64,000 nt of DNA from an uncultured Gemmatimonadaceae bacterium. GTDB taxonomy: Bacteria; Gemmatimonadota; Gemmatimonadetes; Gemmatimonadales; Gemmatimonadaceae. How positions within the stretch are numbered: position 1 is the stretch's first letter; every line of letters starts with the position of its first letter. The notes beneath the pieces were generated by a model. It searched no databases. It was given only the letters and a program-made list of their open reading frames with translations, and was not told where the DNA came from. A program made the translations under genes and the position numbers. Of this stretch, positions 41,230-52,714 are shown piece after piece. The DNA lies in the NCBI GenBank assembly GCA_963761305.1, contig CAVXGK010000002.1, positions 800,001-864,000 of the forward strand, in the 5' to 3' direction.

Positions 41230-43442
41230 TGCACTCGCTCCTTCAGGCGGCGGTCGCCACGCAAACGCCCCATCCGCTGGACGGCACGGCCGTGCAGTGG
41301 CTGTGGCTCGTTCCGCTGCTGCCGCTGCTCGGGTTCGCGATCAACGGCCTGTTGTCGATCGTGGCGGCGTATCGGCCCGGCCCGACTGACCCATCCGCCG
41401 CGCACCACGAATCGCACGCCGGCCAGGGGGAAGGGCACGACGACGCCGGCAAGCACGCGCACCATGAGATCCCGCGCCACCGCTTCGCCGGCATCACCAG
41501 CATCGTCGGCCCGGGCGTGCTGGTGCTCGCCTTCCTCCTCGCCGCGGCGATCTTCGTCGCGATGCGCGGCGCGGGCGGCGGCGCGATCGAGGAGCCCTTC
41601 GTCCAACGCTACTTCTCGTGGATGCCGGTCGGCGACCTGCAGATCGACGCCGCGTTCCAGCTCGACCAGCTTGTCGATGCTGATGGTGCTCGTCATCACC
41701 GGCGTCGGCACGCTGATCCATCTGTTCAGCGTCGGCTACATGCAGGACGACCCGGGGTATCCGCGCTACTTCGCGTACCTCAACCTGTTCGTCTTCTTCA
41801 TGCTGCTGCTGGTGCTCGGCGCCAACTACCCGATCATGTTCATCGGGTGGGAGGGCGTCGGGCTCTGTTCGTATTTGCTGATCGGATTCTGGTTCAGCGA
41901 AAAGGCCAACGCCGACGCGGGCAAGAAGGCGTTCATCGTCAACCGCATCGGCGATTTCGGATTCCTGATCGCGATGTTCCTGCTGTTCGCGAACATCGGA
42001 ACCGCTCGACTTCCGCGGCGTCGCCGCGGGCGGCGAACGCGCTGACCGTCGGCGGCGCCGGTGGTGACGGCGATCTGTCTCTTCCTGTTCCTCGGCTGCG
42101 CCGGCAAGAGCGCGCAGATTCCGCTCTACATCTGGCTGCCCGACGCGATGGCCGGCCCGACGCCGGTGTCGGCGCTCATCCACGCCGCGACGATGGTGAC
42201 GGCGGGCGTCTACCTCATCGCGCGCAGCTCGATGCTGTTCTCGCTCGCGCCGGTGGCCGAGTTGGTGGTCGTGATGATCGGCGCGTTGACGGCGATCTTC
42301 GCGGCGTCGATCGGTCTCAAGCAGTGGGACATCAAGAAGGTCCTCGCGTATTCGACCGTGTCGCAGCTCGGCTACATGTTCGTCGGCGTAGGCTCCGGCG
42401 CGTACGTGGCGGGCATGTTCCACCTGGTGACGCACGCGTTCTTCAAGGCGCTCCTGTTCCTCGGGTCCGGCTCGGTGATCTTCGCATGCACGCCGCGTAT
42501 CACCACACCGGCAACCACGACGACGCGCAGGACATGCGCAACATGGGCGGCCTGCGGCAGTACATGCCGATCACGTTTGTGCTGATGTGGATCGCGACGC
42601 TGGCCATCGCCGGCATTCCGCCGCTCGCCGGATTCTTCTCGAAGGACGAGATCCTCGGCGCGGTCGTTCGCGCGCGCGCAGGGCTCGACGCTCGCGGAAG
42701 CTCACCTCTTTGGCATTCCGGGCACGTTCTGGCTGTATCTCGCGTACGTGTTTGGCCTCGCCGCGGCGTTCATGACGGCCGATGTACATGACGCGCATGA
42801 TGCTCTACACCTTCCACGGCCCGAACCGCACCGGCGACGCCGAGCGATCGCATCTGCAACGAAGCGCCGTGGATCATGACGGGTCCGCTGGTCGTGCTCG
42901 GCTGTGCTAACGGCCGTCGGCGGCTGGCTGAACCTGCCTGAGTTCGCGCCGCTCGGCCCCGTGGGAGGCCTCGACCACTGGCTCGAGCCGGTGGTGGGCG
43001 AGGCAACCAAGCGAGTGATCGGCGGCGCCACGCGCGATGTCGCGGCGGCACGGAGCTGGGGCTGGTCTGGCGTCGCGGTGCTCATCGCCGTGGCGGGTAT
43101 CGCCACCGCCGTCGTGCGACTGCAACCCGGAGACGCTCGTTCCCAAGAGCGACTCGCCGCAGCGAAGAAGGCTTCGAGAAAGTGCTCGAGCAACAAGTAC
43201 TACGTCGACGAGATCTACGACGACGCGATCGTGAAGCCGATCGTCGGAACGTCGCGCGGCCTGCTGTGGCGCGGCGTCGACGCGGGATTGATCGACGGAC
43301 TCGGCGTGAACGGGCGGCGCGTACCTCGCGCGGCTCGTCGGATGGATGGGATCGCAGTTCCAGTCGGGACAGCTCGGCACGTACGCGTGGGTGCTGGTGG
43401 TCGGCGTGCTCGCGCGTGCTCGGCGCCGTTACGGTGCGGTGA
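41229..43442 (+). CDS. nuoL: NADH-quinone oxidoreductase subunit L, split by multiple frameshifts (probably sequence error)
   Basis: Motifs in changing frames: [80 protein letters not shown]. Confidence 0.92.
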
Positions 43443-43464
43443 TTCGCTCTCAACACCGGAATTC

Positions 43465-45087
43465 ATGACTCGGCTTTCTGACCGTCGATCGGATATCAAC
43501 ACTGGGTGCTCCCGGCGCTGCTCGCGATCCCGGTGATCGGGCGCGGCGATCGATCTGGGTGCGCGGCGTCGGGCGATCCGCGCGACCGGCGGCGACGAAG
43601 TGGCCGACGGCACGCGCCAACGCGCCGCGCATGACGGCCCTCGTGGTCTTCGCGCATCGAGTTCGTCGTCTCGCTCGGGCTGTGGTGGAGCTTCGACGCG
43701 TCGGTCGCCGACGTGGCAGTCGACTGGTCGACTGGCCGTGGATTCCGCTCGTGGGGCATCCGCTTCACGCTCGGCGTCGACGGCATCGCCGTGATGATGA
43801 TCCTGCTCACGACGTTCATCATGCTGCTGGCGGTCGGCGGCAGCTGGACGAGCATCCGCTCAGCGCTCGCACAGCTACTACGCGCTGCATGCTCATCCTC
43901 ACGACGGGCATGCTCGGCGTGTTCATGGCGCTCGACCTCTTCCTGTTCTACGTGATGTGGGAAGTGATGCTCGTGCCGATGTACTTCATCGTCGGCATCT
44001 GGGGCGGCGAGCGCCGCATCTACGCGAGCCTCAAGTTCTTCATCTACACGATGGTCGGCTCGATGCTGATGCTCGTGGCGATCGTGTACCTCGGGCTCGT
44101 CGCGCGCGCGACCCGATCATCGGCAGTCCCGAACTTCAACTACGACTAGCTGCTCGCGCACGCGGCCGATCACGTCCGACCGCGGCCAAGTGGCTCTTCG
44201 GCGCATTCTTCCTCGCGTTCGCGGTGAAGGTGCCGATGTTCCCGTTCCACACCTGGCTGCCCGACGCGCACGTCGAAGCGCCCACGGCCGGCTCGGTGGT
44301 TCTGGCGAGCATCATGCTGAAGCTGGGCACGTTCGGCTTCCTGCGACTCGCCGTGCCGCTCTTCCCGTCGGCGGCGATGAGCCCCACGATCCGCACGGTC
44401 ATTCTCACGCTCGCGGTGATCGGCATCGTCTACGGCGCGCTGGTCTCGCTCGTCCAACCGGACTTCAAGAAGCTCGTCGCCTACTCGTCGGTGAGCCACC
44501 TGGGCTTCGTGATGCTCGGCATCTTCGCGCTCACCGTGCAGAGCGTGCAGGGCGCGCTGATGGTGATGATCAACCACGGCATCTCGACCGGCGCGCTGTT
44601 CCTTCTCGTCGGCATGATCTACGAGCGTCGACACACGCGGTTGATCGACGCCTACGGCGGCATCGCGCGCGTCGTGCCGATGTTCGCCGCGATGCTGACC
44701 ATCGTCACCTTCAGCAGCATCGGCGTGCCGGGCACCAACGGATTCGTCGGCGAATTCCTCGTCCTGATCGGCTCGTTCCGCACGCAGCCGATTTTCGCGC
44801 TCATCGCCGACGACCGCGGTGATCATCTCCGCGGCGTATCTGCTGTGGGCGATTCAGCGCATCCTCTTCAATCCGCTCGACAAACCGGAGAACGAGCACA
44901 TTCCGGATCTCAACCGGCGTGAGCTCGCGATCATGGTGCCGCTCATCGCGGCCATCATCTGGCTTGGCGTGTATCCGGCGCCCGTCCTCGATCGCATGCA
45001 GGGCGCCGCGGCTCGATTCGTGCACCCAGGTCGATCGCGGCCGCGCGGCGACGCTCGCCCGACGCGACGGTCGGAGACGCCCGATGA
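43465..45087 (+). CDS. nuoM: NADH-quinone oxidoreductase subunit M, split by frameshifts and a TAG near 44147 (probably sequence error)
   Basis: [57 protein letters not shown] in changing frames. Confidence 0.92.
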
Positions 45088-46660
45088 TACCTCGCGCGCT
45101 CGACCTCTCGATTCCCGCGCAGCTGACGCTCGCGCTCGTCCCGGACCTCGTCCTCATGGGCGGCGCGATGCTGCTGCTCGTCTGGGCCGCGTGGAAGAGC
45201 GACAGCGACCGGCATCAGCGCACCATCGGTATGGCGAGCATTCTCGCTCGTCGGCCTGACGATGCTGTTCACGCTGTGGTGGGCGGCGCGATTCGTCGCC
45301 GTGCCGGGCGGCGGCGCGATCGCGCTCGACAACTTCCGGTGGTTCGCCGACGTCGTGATCCTGCTCGGCACGCTGTTCACCATCGCGCTGAGCATGGACG
45401 ACAACATGCGGACCGGCATCACCGCGGCCGAGACGCACGTGCTGGTCCTGCTCGCGTCGTCGGGCATGATGCTGCTCGCCGCCGCGCGCGACCTGATGAT
45501 CGTCTTCCTCGGCATCGAGCTGATGTCGATCTCCGTCTACGCGCTCGCCGGCATCAACCGCCGCAGCGAGCGGTCGGCCGAGGGCGCGCTCAAGTACTTC
45601 CTGCTCGGCGCGTTCTCGACGGCGTTCCTGCTCTACGGCATCGCGCTCGTCTACGGCGCCACCGGCACGACGAGTCTCACGCTCATCGCCGAACGCATCG
45701 CGCAGTACGACCTCGTCCGACAGCCCGCTACTGCTCGCCGGCATCGCGCTGATGCTCGTCGGCTTCGGGTTCAAGGTCGCCACCGTGCCGTTCCACATGT
45801 GGGCGCCGGACGTCTACGACGGCGCGCCGTCGCCGATCACCGCGTACATGGCGGCGACGGTCAAGGCGGCGGCGTTCGTGGCGTTCCTGCGCGTGTGGCT
45901 CGAGGCGTTCCCGGCGAGCTTCACGACCTGGCTGCCCGCCGTGACGGGGCTCGCCATCGCGACGATGATCATCGGCAACGCGATCGGCCTCGTGCAGAAG
46001 AATCTCAAGCGCCTGCTCGCCTACTCGAGCATCGGGCACGCCGGCTATCTACTCGTCGCGCTCGCGGCGGGCACGTTCCAAGGCTCGTCGGCGCTGTTGT
46101 TCTATCTCTTCGTCTACACGCTGGCGACGTTCGGCGCCTTCGCCGTCGTCGTGACGCTGACGCGCGAAGGGCAGGGCGCCGTGATGCTCGAGGACTTGTC
46201 GGGACTCTACAGCGTGCGCCCCGGACTGGCGGTGGCGATGGCGGTGCTCATGCTCTCGCTGATGGGCTTCCCGATCTTCGGCGGCGCGGGCTTTTTTGCG
46301 AAGTGGTACGTGCTGCAGGCCGCGCTCCAGGCGCCGGTGCGACAGACGACACTCGCCGTGGTGCTCGTGCTCACGACCGTCGTGTCGGCGGGCTACTACA
46401 TGTACGTCGTGATGCTGATGTTCATGCGTCCGCGGCCGGAGAGCGCGCCGGTCCCCGAAGCGTCCGGCGGTCTGACGCGGATGATCCTCGCCATCAGCGT
46501 CGGACTCATTCTCTTCCTCGGCATCTTCCCCGAGCAGGCGATCTCCGTGGCTCGGCTCGCCAGGCCCAGGGTGGAGATGGTACCGCAGGCCTCCAACGCA
46601 CCGCCGGCCGCGACGCTCATCGCCGGCGCCGGGTCGAACCGCCGTACGACGGGGCCGTGA
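45084..46660 (+). CDS. nuoN: NADH-quinone oxidoreductase subunit N, frameshifted near 45250 and 45720 (probably sequence error)
   Basis: GIELMS, EGALKYFLLG, FKVATVPFHMWAPDVYDGAP, KRLLAYSSIGH. Confidence 0.92.
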
Positions 46661-46704
46661 TCCGCGACGCCGGCGGGCGGGGGCCCCGTTCTATTTTCTG
46701 AACC

Positions 46705-48081
46705 ATGGCCATCGCCCCCGGGATCTTTCGCCAGTACGACATCCGCGGCATCGTCGATCGCGATCTCACCACGGAAGCGGCCAGCGCGCTCGGCGGCGCG
46801 TACGCGGCATACCTCGCGGCACACGACATCCGCGGCGACGTCGCCGTCGGTCGCGACAACCGGCCAAGCGGCGAGCTGCTTCGCGAAGCGCTGGTGCACG
46901 GACTCACCGCGGCCGGCGTCGGCGTGGTGGACATCGGCGTCGTGCCGACGCCGCTCAACTACTGGGCGCTGAACCAGCTTCCCGTCGTCGGCGGAATTCA
47001 GATCACCGGCTCGCACAATCCGCCCGAGTACAACGGCTTCAAGCTGTCGGTCGGGACGGCGTCGCTGCACGGCGACGAGATCCAGCGGCTCTACGAGCTC
47101 ACGCAGGGCCCCGCGCCGGCGGCGGCGACGCTCGGCGTCGTACGCGAAGAGCCGATCATCGACCGCTACTTGAACGACGTCGGCGATCGCATCGGAAAAC
47201 TCTCGCGCCCCATTCGCGCCGTCTACGACTGCGGCAACGGCGCCGGCGCGCTCGTCGCACCGCGCCTGTTCGCGCGACTCGGTTTGGCGAAGGGGAGCCG
47301 CGGACTGTTCTGCGAGAGCGACGGCACCTTCCCGAATCATCACCCCGACCCGACGGTCCCGGAGAACCTCGAGGATCTCGTCCGCGCCGTGCGCGAGGAC
47401 GGCGCCGAGATCGGGATCGCCTTCGACGGCGACGCCGACCGGATCGGCGTGGTGGATGGAGACGGGCGAATCGTCTGGGGCGACCGCATTCTGATTCTCT
47501 ACGCGCGCGACGTGCTCGCGCGAACGGGCAAGGGACAGCCGATCATCTTCGACGTGAAGTGCTCGCAGTCGCTGCCCGACGCGGTGGAACGCGCGGGCGG
47601 CAAGCCGCTCATGTGGAAGACGGGCCACTCGCTGATCAAGGACAAGATGCGCGAGACGCACGCGCCGATCGCCGGCGAAATGTCCGGCCACATGTTCTTC
47701 AGCGAAGGCTTTTACGGTCACGACGACGCGCTCTACGGCGCGGCGCGGCTGCTGCGTATTCTCGCCGACTCCGGTCGGACCGTGGCGCAGGCGCTCGCCG
47801 ACGTCCCGGAGCTCGTCTCGACGCCGGAGATTCGAATCGACGTGCCGGAGGAGCTCAAGTTCGGCCTCGTGAGTCGAGCCGTCGAGCATTTCCGCGCCAA
47901 GCACGACGTGATCGACGTGGACGGCGTGCGCGTGTTGTTCGGCGACGGCTGGGGCCTCATTCGCGCGTCGAACACGCAGCCGGTCATCGTCGTGCGATAC
48001 GAGGCGGCGACCGCCGAGCGGCTGGCCGCGATCCGCGGCGAAATGGAGGGGTGGCTGCGCGCGCAGGGCGTGCGCATCTGA
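46705..48081 (+). CDS. Phosphomannomutase/phosphoglucomutase
   Basis: FRQYDIRG, TGSHNP, FDGDADR, GEMSGH, RASNTQP. Confidence 0.96.
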   Translation: MAIAPGIFRQYDIRGIVDRDLTTEAASALGGAYAAYLAAHDIRGDVAVGRDNRPSGELLREALVHGLTAAGVGVVDIGVVPTPLNYWALNQLPVVGGIQITGSHNPPEYNGFKLSVGTASLHGDEIQRLYELTQGPAPAAATLGVVREEPIIDRYLNDVGDRIGKLSRPIRAVYDCGNGAGALVAPRLFARLGLAKGSRGLFCESDGTFPNHHPDPTVPENLEDLVRAVREDGAEIGIAFDGDADRIGVVDGDGRIVWGDRILILYARDVLARTGKGQPIIFDVKCSQSLPDAVERAGGKPLMWKTGHSLIKDKMRETHAPIAGEMSGHMFFSEGFYGHDDALYGAARLLRILADSGRTVAQALADVPELVSTPEIRIDVPEELKFGLVSRAVEHFRAKHDVIDVDGVRVLFGDGWGLIRASNTQPVIVVRYEAATAERLAAIRGEMEGWLRAQGVRI

Positions 48082-48082
48082 C

Positions 48083-50536
48083 ATGACGCGGCGGCGGTGG
48101 GTCGTGGCCGGCTTGGCCGCCGTGGCCGTGCTGTTGCTTGCCGGCCGCGCGCTGTCGGCGATCTACGCCGACTACCAATGGTACGAGGCGCTCGGCGCCG
48201 GCGCGCTCTGGCGTCTCCGCAGCGGCGCCATCGCCGCGATCGACGCCGGCGCGTTCCTCGCCACGACGATTTTCGCATTCGTAAACTTCTATGCGGTGCG
48301 GCATTCGGTCGTGTCGCTGGTGTTTCCGCGACGCGTCGGCAACCTCGAGATCGGCGAAGAAGTGCCGGGGAAGTACCTGATCGCCGCCGCCGTCGTCCTC
48401 GCCGTCCTGATCGGACTCCTGTTGCTGCCGTCGGGCGACGACTGGCCGTCGCTCATTCTGGCGCGGTCGGGCCAGTCGTTTGGAGAGCCCGAACCCAACT
48501 TCCGCGCCGACATCGGGTTCTTCGTCTACTGGATGCCGTTCGAAAACACGGTTTGGGACTGGACGTTCTTCGCCGTCACCGTCGTCGGCGTGGCAGCGAT
48601 TCTCTTGTACGCGCTCACGCCGAGTCTGCGCTGGCAGCGTGGAGCGCTGCACGTCTCCGGATATGTTCGGCGGCATCTCACGGTGCTCGCCGGCGTCCTG
48701 CTGTTGCTGGCCGCGTGGAGTTTCAGGCTCGACATGTACTCGCTCGTCACGTCGGGGTCCGGCCCCGACGGGCTGTTCGGATTCGTCGATGACAAGGTCG
48801 GCGTCACGGGCGACCTCGTGCTCGCGCTGGCGACGCTCGGTGCGGCGCTCGTCGTGATCTGGAGCGGATTCGTCGGGCAGTTTCGACTGGCCGGCGTCGC
48901 GGTGCTCACCATCGTCGTGCTGGGATTGATCGTCCACGAGGTCGTACCGTTCGCGGTGGGCCACGTCGGGATCGAGGCTTCTCGGCGCGCGCGCGACAAC
49001 GACTACGTCGCCACTCGCGCCGCGTTCACCAAACGTGCCTTCGCGATCGACTCGGCACCGCTCGACTCGGCGCGCGTCTATCCCACGCTCGCGGCGGCGC
49101 TGCCGTGGATTCCGGTGTGGGAAGGGCCGGCGCTCAGCCGGGCCATCGACGTGAACCGCGCGCCCGACGACGCGAACGCCGCGGTGGGATGGCGAACGTC
49201 TCCGCAGGGACTCGTTGCCAGCGTCGTGAGCGCGCCGCCGCCCGGCGCGTCGGCACGCGCGCCATGGACGGTCGCCCGCGTGCTCGCCGCGGACGCCGAC
49301 GAGCGCGGCGCGCCGTTGCGGGCGGCGGGCTCCGATGCGTCGGCCACGGACGACATCCCGCTCGACCAGCCGATCGTATTCCCGGGCGCGTCGCCCGTAG
49401 CCGTCGTCTCGGATTCGTTCACCACGACCGGCGTGCCGCTCGATTCGTTCCTCGCCCGACTCACCGCCGCGTGGTCGTTGCAGAACGTGCGAATCTTGTC
49501 TCGGGACGTGGCTCAACCACATCCGACGCTGATCACGCATCGCGACATCCGCGACCGGCTGCATCGCTTCGCGCCGTTCTTCTTCCAGGGACGCCGCGTC
49601 GCGCCACTGTTCGTCGGCGACTCGCTCTATTGGACGGTGGATCTGTACTCCGCTTCCGTCGACTACCCGCTCGCGCGCCGCGTACAGATCGGCACCGACG
49701 AATTCAGCTACCTCCGCCACGCGGCGACCGCCGTGGTGCAGGCGTCCACCGGCGACGTCTTTCTCGTGCGCGACTCGGTGCTCGATCCGGTCGCGTCGAC
49801 GTGGGTGCGCCTGTTGCCGTCGATGTTCACGACGTGGCAGTCGCTGCCGCCGGGATTGCGCGCGGCGGTCGGCGCGCCGCTCGACGGACTGCTCGCCAGA
49901 GCGGCGGCGTTCGGCTGGTACGGGCCTGGACCGGGCGTGGGGCGCCGCGTGCCCGTGCTCAACGGCGCCGACAGCGCGCTCTCCGGCGACGAGTTACCGA
50001 TCGCGCTGCGCGGCAGCAGCACGACGGCCGTCGCGCTGCCGCTCGTCGACGACAACGATCGCTTGCGCGGACTCATCGTCGGAATCGGCGGCGCGTCCGA
50101 CTCGATGGCGTGGTATCCGTTGGCGAGTGCCGGCCCACGCTGGGGCGGCCTGCTCGATCGAATGCGATCGATCGACAGCGCGGGCACCGGCCTGCGCGAC
50201 GGACCGGTTGCCAACGGACGTGTGCGCGTCGTGCCGGTGCGATCGGGGGGGGGCATCGCGTTCCTGCAGCCGTCGTATCGGTGGCGTCCACAGAACACGC
50301 CGTCGATCAGCCGGGTCGCGCTGTTGTACGACGACACGTCGCGCTCGGTGTCGCCACCGTTCGGCCTCGTGCCGCCCGTGCCCGCGCTGCCGTCGACGGC
50401 GTCGCCCGAGGTGAAGAGCAGCGCGAACGCGCTCTACTCCGAGATGCGCGACGCGATGCGCCGCGGCGATTGGGTCGCATTCGGCCGAGCGTTCGATGCG
50501 CTCGGGCGTTTGGTCGCGCCGGAGAAGCGCCGATGA
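48083..50536 (+). CDS. UPF0182-family-like membrane protein
   Basis: YADYQWYEALG, FGEPEPNFRADIGFFVYW, RDIRDRL...APFF, YLRHA, C-terminal GDWVAFGRAFDAL. Confidence 0.75.
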   Translation: MTRRRWVVAGLAAVAVLLLAGRALSAIYADYQWYEALGAGALWRLRSGAIAAIDAGAFLATTIFAFVNFYAVRHSVVSLVFPRRVGNLEIGEEVPGKYLIAAAVVLAVLIGLLLLPSGDDWPSLILARSGQSFGEPEPNFRADIGFFVYWMPFENTVWDWTFFAVTVVGVAAILLYALTPSLRWQRGALHVSGYVRRHLTVLAGVLLLLAAWSFRLDMYSLVTSGSGPDGLFGFVDDKVGVTGDLVLALATLGAALVVIWSGFVGQFRLAGVAVLTIVVLGLIVHEVVPFAVGHVGIEASRRARDNDYVATRAAFTKRAFAIDSAPLDSARVYPTLAAALPWIPVWEGPALSRAIDVNRAPDDANAAVGWRTSPQGLVASVVSAPPPGASARAPWTVARVLAADADERGAPLRAAGSDASATDDIPLDQPIVFPGASPVAVVSDSFTTTGVPLDSFLARLTAAWSLQNVRILSRDVAQPHPTLITHRDIRDRLHRFAPFFFQGRRVAPLFVGDSLYWTVDLYSASVDYPLARRVQIGTDEFSYLRHAATAVVQASTGDVFLVRDSVLDPVASTWVRLLPSMFTTWQSLPPGLRAAVGAPLDGLLARAAAFGWYGPGPGVGRRVPVLNGADSALSGDELPIALRGSSTTAVALPLVDDNDRLRGLIVGIGGASDSMAWYPLASAGPRWGGLLDRMRSIDSAGTGLRDGPVANGRVRVVPVRSGGGIAFLQPSYRWRPQNTPSISRVALLYDDTSRSVSPPFGLVPPVPALPSTASPEVKSSANALYSEMRDAMRRGDWVAFGRAFDALGRLVAPEKRR

Positions 50537-51534
50537 TCGATCTCGCGTCGAGATCGAAACGCATCGCCGTCGTCGCGTTGGGCGGGAACGCGCTCGCGCC
50601 GGCCGGTGAACCGTCGACCATCTACAATCAGTTCCGACACACCCGCGAAAGCCTCGTCCCGATCGTCGAGCTGATTCACGACGGCTGGAACGTGTGCGTC
50701 GTTCACGGCAACGGACCGCAGGTCGGCGACGAGATGGTGCGCAACGAAGCGGCGCGCGACGAGGCAAGTCCGCTGCCGCTCGGCGTGCTCGTCGCGGCGA
50801 CGGCCGGCTGGATCGGCTACATGATCCAGCAGTCGCTGGAGAATGCGCTGATGCGCGACGGCGGCGCGCCTCGCCTCGCACGCAGCGTTGCCACCGTCAT
50901 CACGCAGGTGCAGGTCGATCCGAACGACCCGGCGCTCCGCCACCCGACGAAATTCATCGGGCACGCGCTGTCTGCCGAGCGAGCCAATGAGCTCGAGCAC
51001 GACGGCTTTTCGGTGAAGGCCGACGGCCACGGCAATCTGCGCCGCGTCGTGGGGAGTCCGGTGCCGCTCGGAATCCGCGAGCTCGACGTCATCCGAGCGC
51101 TGATGGACGCGGGGACACCGGTGATCGCCTGCGGCGGCGGCGGCGCGCCCGTGTATCGGCACCCGACGCTCGGCTGGGAGGGGATCGACGCCGTCGTGGA
51201 CAAGGATCTCGTGGCCGCGGTGTTGGCGCGCGACCTCGGCGCGGCGCTGCTGCTGATCCTGACGGACGTGGACGCGGTCTACGCCGACTGGGGAACGCCG
51301 AAACAGCGTCCGCTCGGCGCGCTCACGGCCGACGAAGCGGCGGCGATGGACAAACAGGAGGCATTCGGCGAGGGAAGTATGGCGCCGAAGATACGGGCGG
51401 CGATTGATTTCGTGCGCGGCACGGACGCGGCGCGGTTGACCGGCGGCGCCGAGCCACCGCGCGCGATCATCACGTCGCTCGCGCGAGGGCCCGCCGCCGT
51501 GCATGGCAAGGCAGGAACCACGATCACCGCATGA
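50533..51534 (+). CDS. arcC: Carbamate kinase
   Basis: VALGGNAL, HGNGPQVG, PTKFIG, RRVVGSP, DAVVDKD, GSMAPKI. Confidence 0.93.
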   Translation: MIDLASRSKRIAVVALGGNALAPAGEPSTIYNQFRHTRESLVPIVELIHDGWNVCVVHGNGPQVGDEMVRNEAARDEASPLPLGVLVAATAGWIGYMIQQSLENALMRDGGAPRLARSVATVITQVQVDPNDPALRHPTKFIGHALSAERANELEHDGFSVKADGHGNLRRVVGSPVPLGIRELDVIRALMDAGTPVIACGGGGAPVYRHPTLGWEGIDAVVDKDLVAAVLARDLGAALLLILTDVDAVYADWGTPKQRPLGALTADEAAAMDKQEAFGEGSMAPKIRAAIDFVRGTDAARLTGGAEPPRAIITSLARGPAAVHGKAGTTITA

Positions 51535-51568
51535 ACGACACGACGCATACGGAGCCTACGGAGAACGC

Positions 51569-52714
51569 GTGAACATCCACGAGTATCAAGCGAAAGAGTT
51601 GCTGCGAAAGGAGGGCGTGCCGATTCCACCGGGCGAGGTGGCGCGAAGCGCGGCCGACGCCGAAGCCATCGCCCGCAAGTTCGGCGGCACGGTGGTGGTG
51701 AAGGCGCAGGTCCACGCCGGCGGACGCGGCAAAGCGGGCGGCGTGAAGCTCGCCAAATCGCCGGAGGAAACGCGCGAGATCGCGAGCAAGATCCTCGGCA
51801 TGCAGATCAAGGGACTCACGGTCGAGCAAGTGCTCGTCACGCCCGCCGCCGACATCGCGACCGAAGCCTACGCCGGCATCATCCTCGACCGCGCGACCAA
51901 GAAACCGGTGTTTATGGTGAGCCCGGCCGGCGGGATCGATATCGAGGAGGTCGCGGCCAAGACGCCCGACAAGATCCTCAAGCTGCCGATCGATACGCGA
52001 TACGGCTTGCAGGCGTATCAGGCCAGCCGGCTCGGCTTCTTCCTCTACGACGACGTCAAGCAAGTGCGCGCCGCGGCGAAGATCCTGATGCAGCTCTACG
52101 TGGCGTTCATGAAGAACGGGTGCTCGCTCGCCGAGATCAATCCGCTCGTCACGACGCCGACGGGGGACGTCGTGGCCCTCGACGCGAAGATGGTGATCGA
52201 CGACAACGAGCTCGATCGCCATCCCGAAATCGCGGCGCTGCGCGACGAAACCGCCGAGGCGCCGAGCGAGGTGCAGGCGCGCAACGCCAACCTCACGTTC
52301 ATCAAGCTCGACGGGAACGTCGGCTGTGTGGTGAACGGCGCCGGCCTGGCGATGGCGACGATGGATCTCGTGAAATACTACGGCGGCGACCCGGCCAACT
52401 TCCTCGACATCGGCGGCTCGTCCAATCCGGAGAAAGTGGTGAACGCGATCAAGATCATCACCGAGGATCCGAACGTGAAGGCGATCCTCTTCAATATTTT
52501 CGGCGGCATCACTCGGACGGATGACGTGGCCAACGGCATCGTGACGGCGACGAAAAAGAATCCGCTCAAGGTGCCCATCGTCATCCGACTCACCGGCACG
52601 AACGAAGAGATCGCGATGAAGATTCTGCAGGACAACGGCTTCTCGGCGTCGTCGGACATGGACGAAGCGGTGAAGAACGCGGTCGCGCTCGCCAAGGGAG
52701 GAAAAGCCGCGTGA
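51569..52714 (+). CDS. sucC: Succinyl-CoA ligase beta subunit
   Basis: [42 protein letters not shown]. Confidence 0.97.
   Translation: MNIHEYQAKELLRKEGVPIPPGEVARSAADAEAIARKFGGTVVVKAQVHAGGRGKAGGVKLAKSPEETREIASKILGMQIKGLTVEQVLVTPAADIATEAYAGIILDRATKKPVFMVSPAGGIDIEEVAAKTPDKILKLPIDTRYGLQAYQASRLGFFLYDDVKQVRAAAKILMQLYVAFMKNGCSLAEINPLVTTPTGDVVALDAKMVIDDNELDRHPEIAALRDETAEAPSEVQARNANLTFIKLDGNVGCVVNGAGLAMATMDLVKYYGGDPANFLDIGGSSNPEKVVNAIKIITEDPNVKAILFNIFGGITRTDDVANGIVTATKKNPLKVPIVIRLTGTNEEIAMKILQDNGFSASSDMDEAVKNAVALAKGGKAA

Noticed and set aside
41670..45750. Programmed frameshifting or RNA editing in nuoL/M/N
   Set aside because: Too many breaks, no slippery heptamers or shared context; the pattern fits sequencing indels
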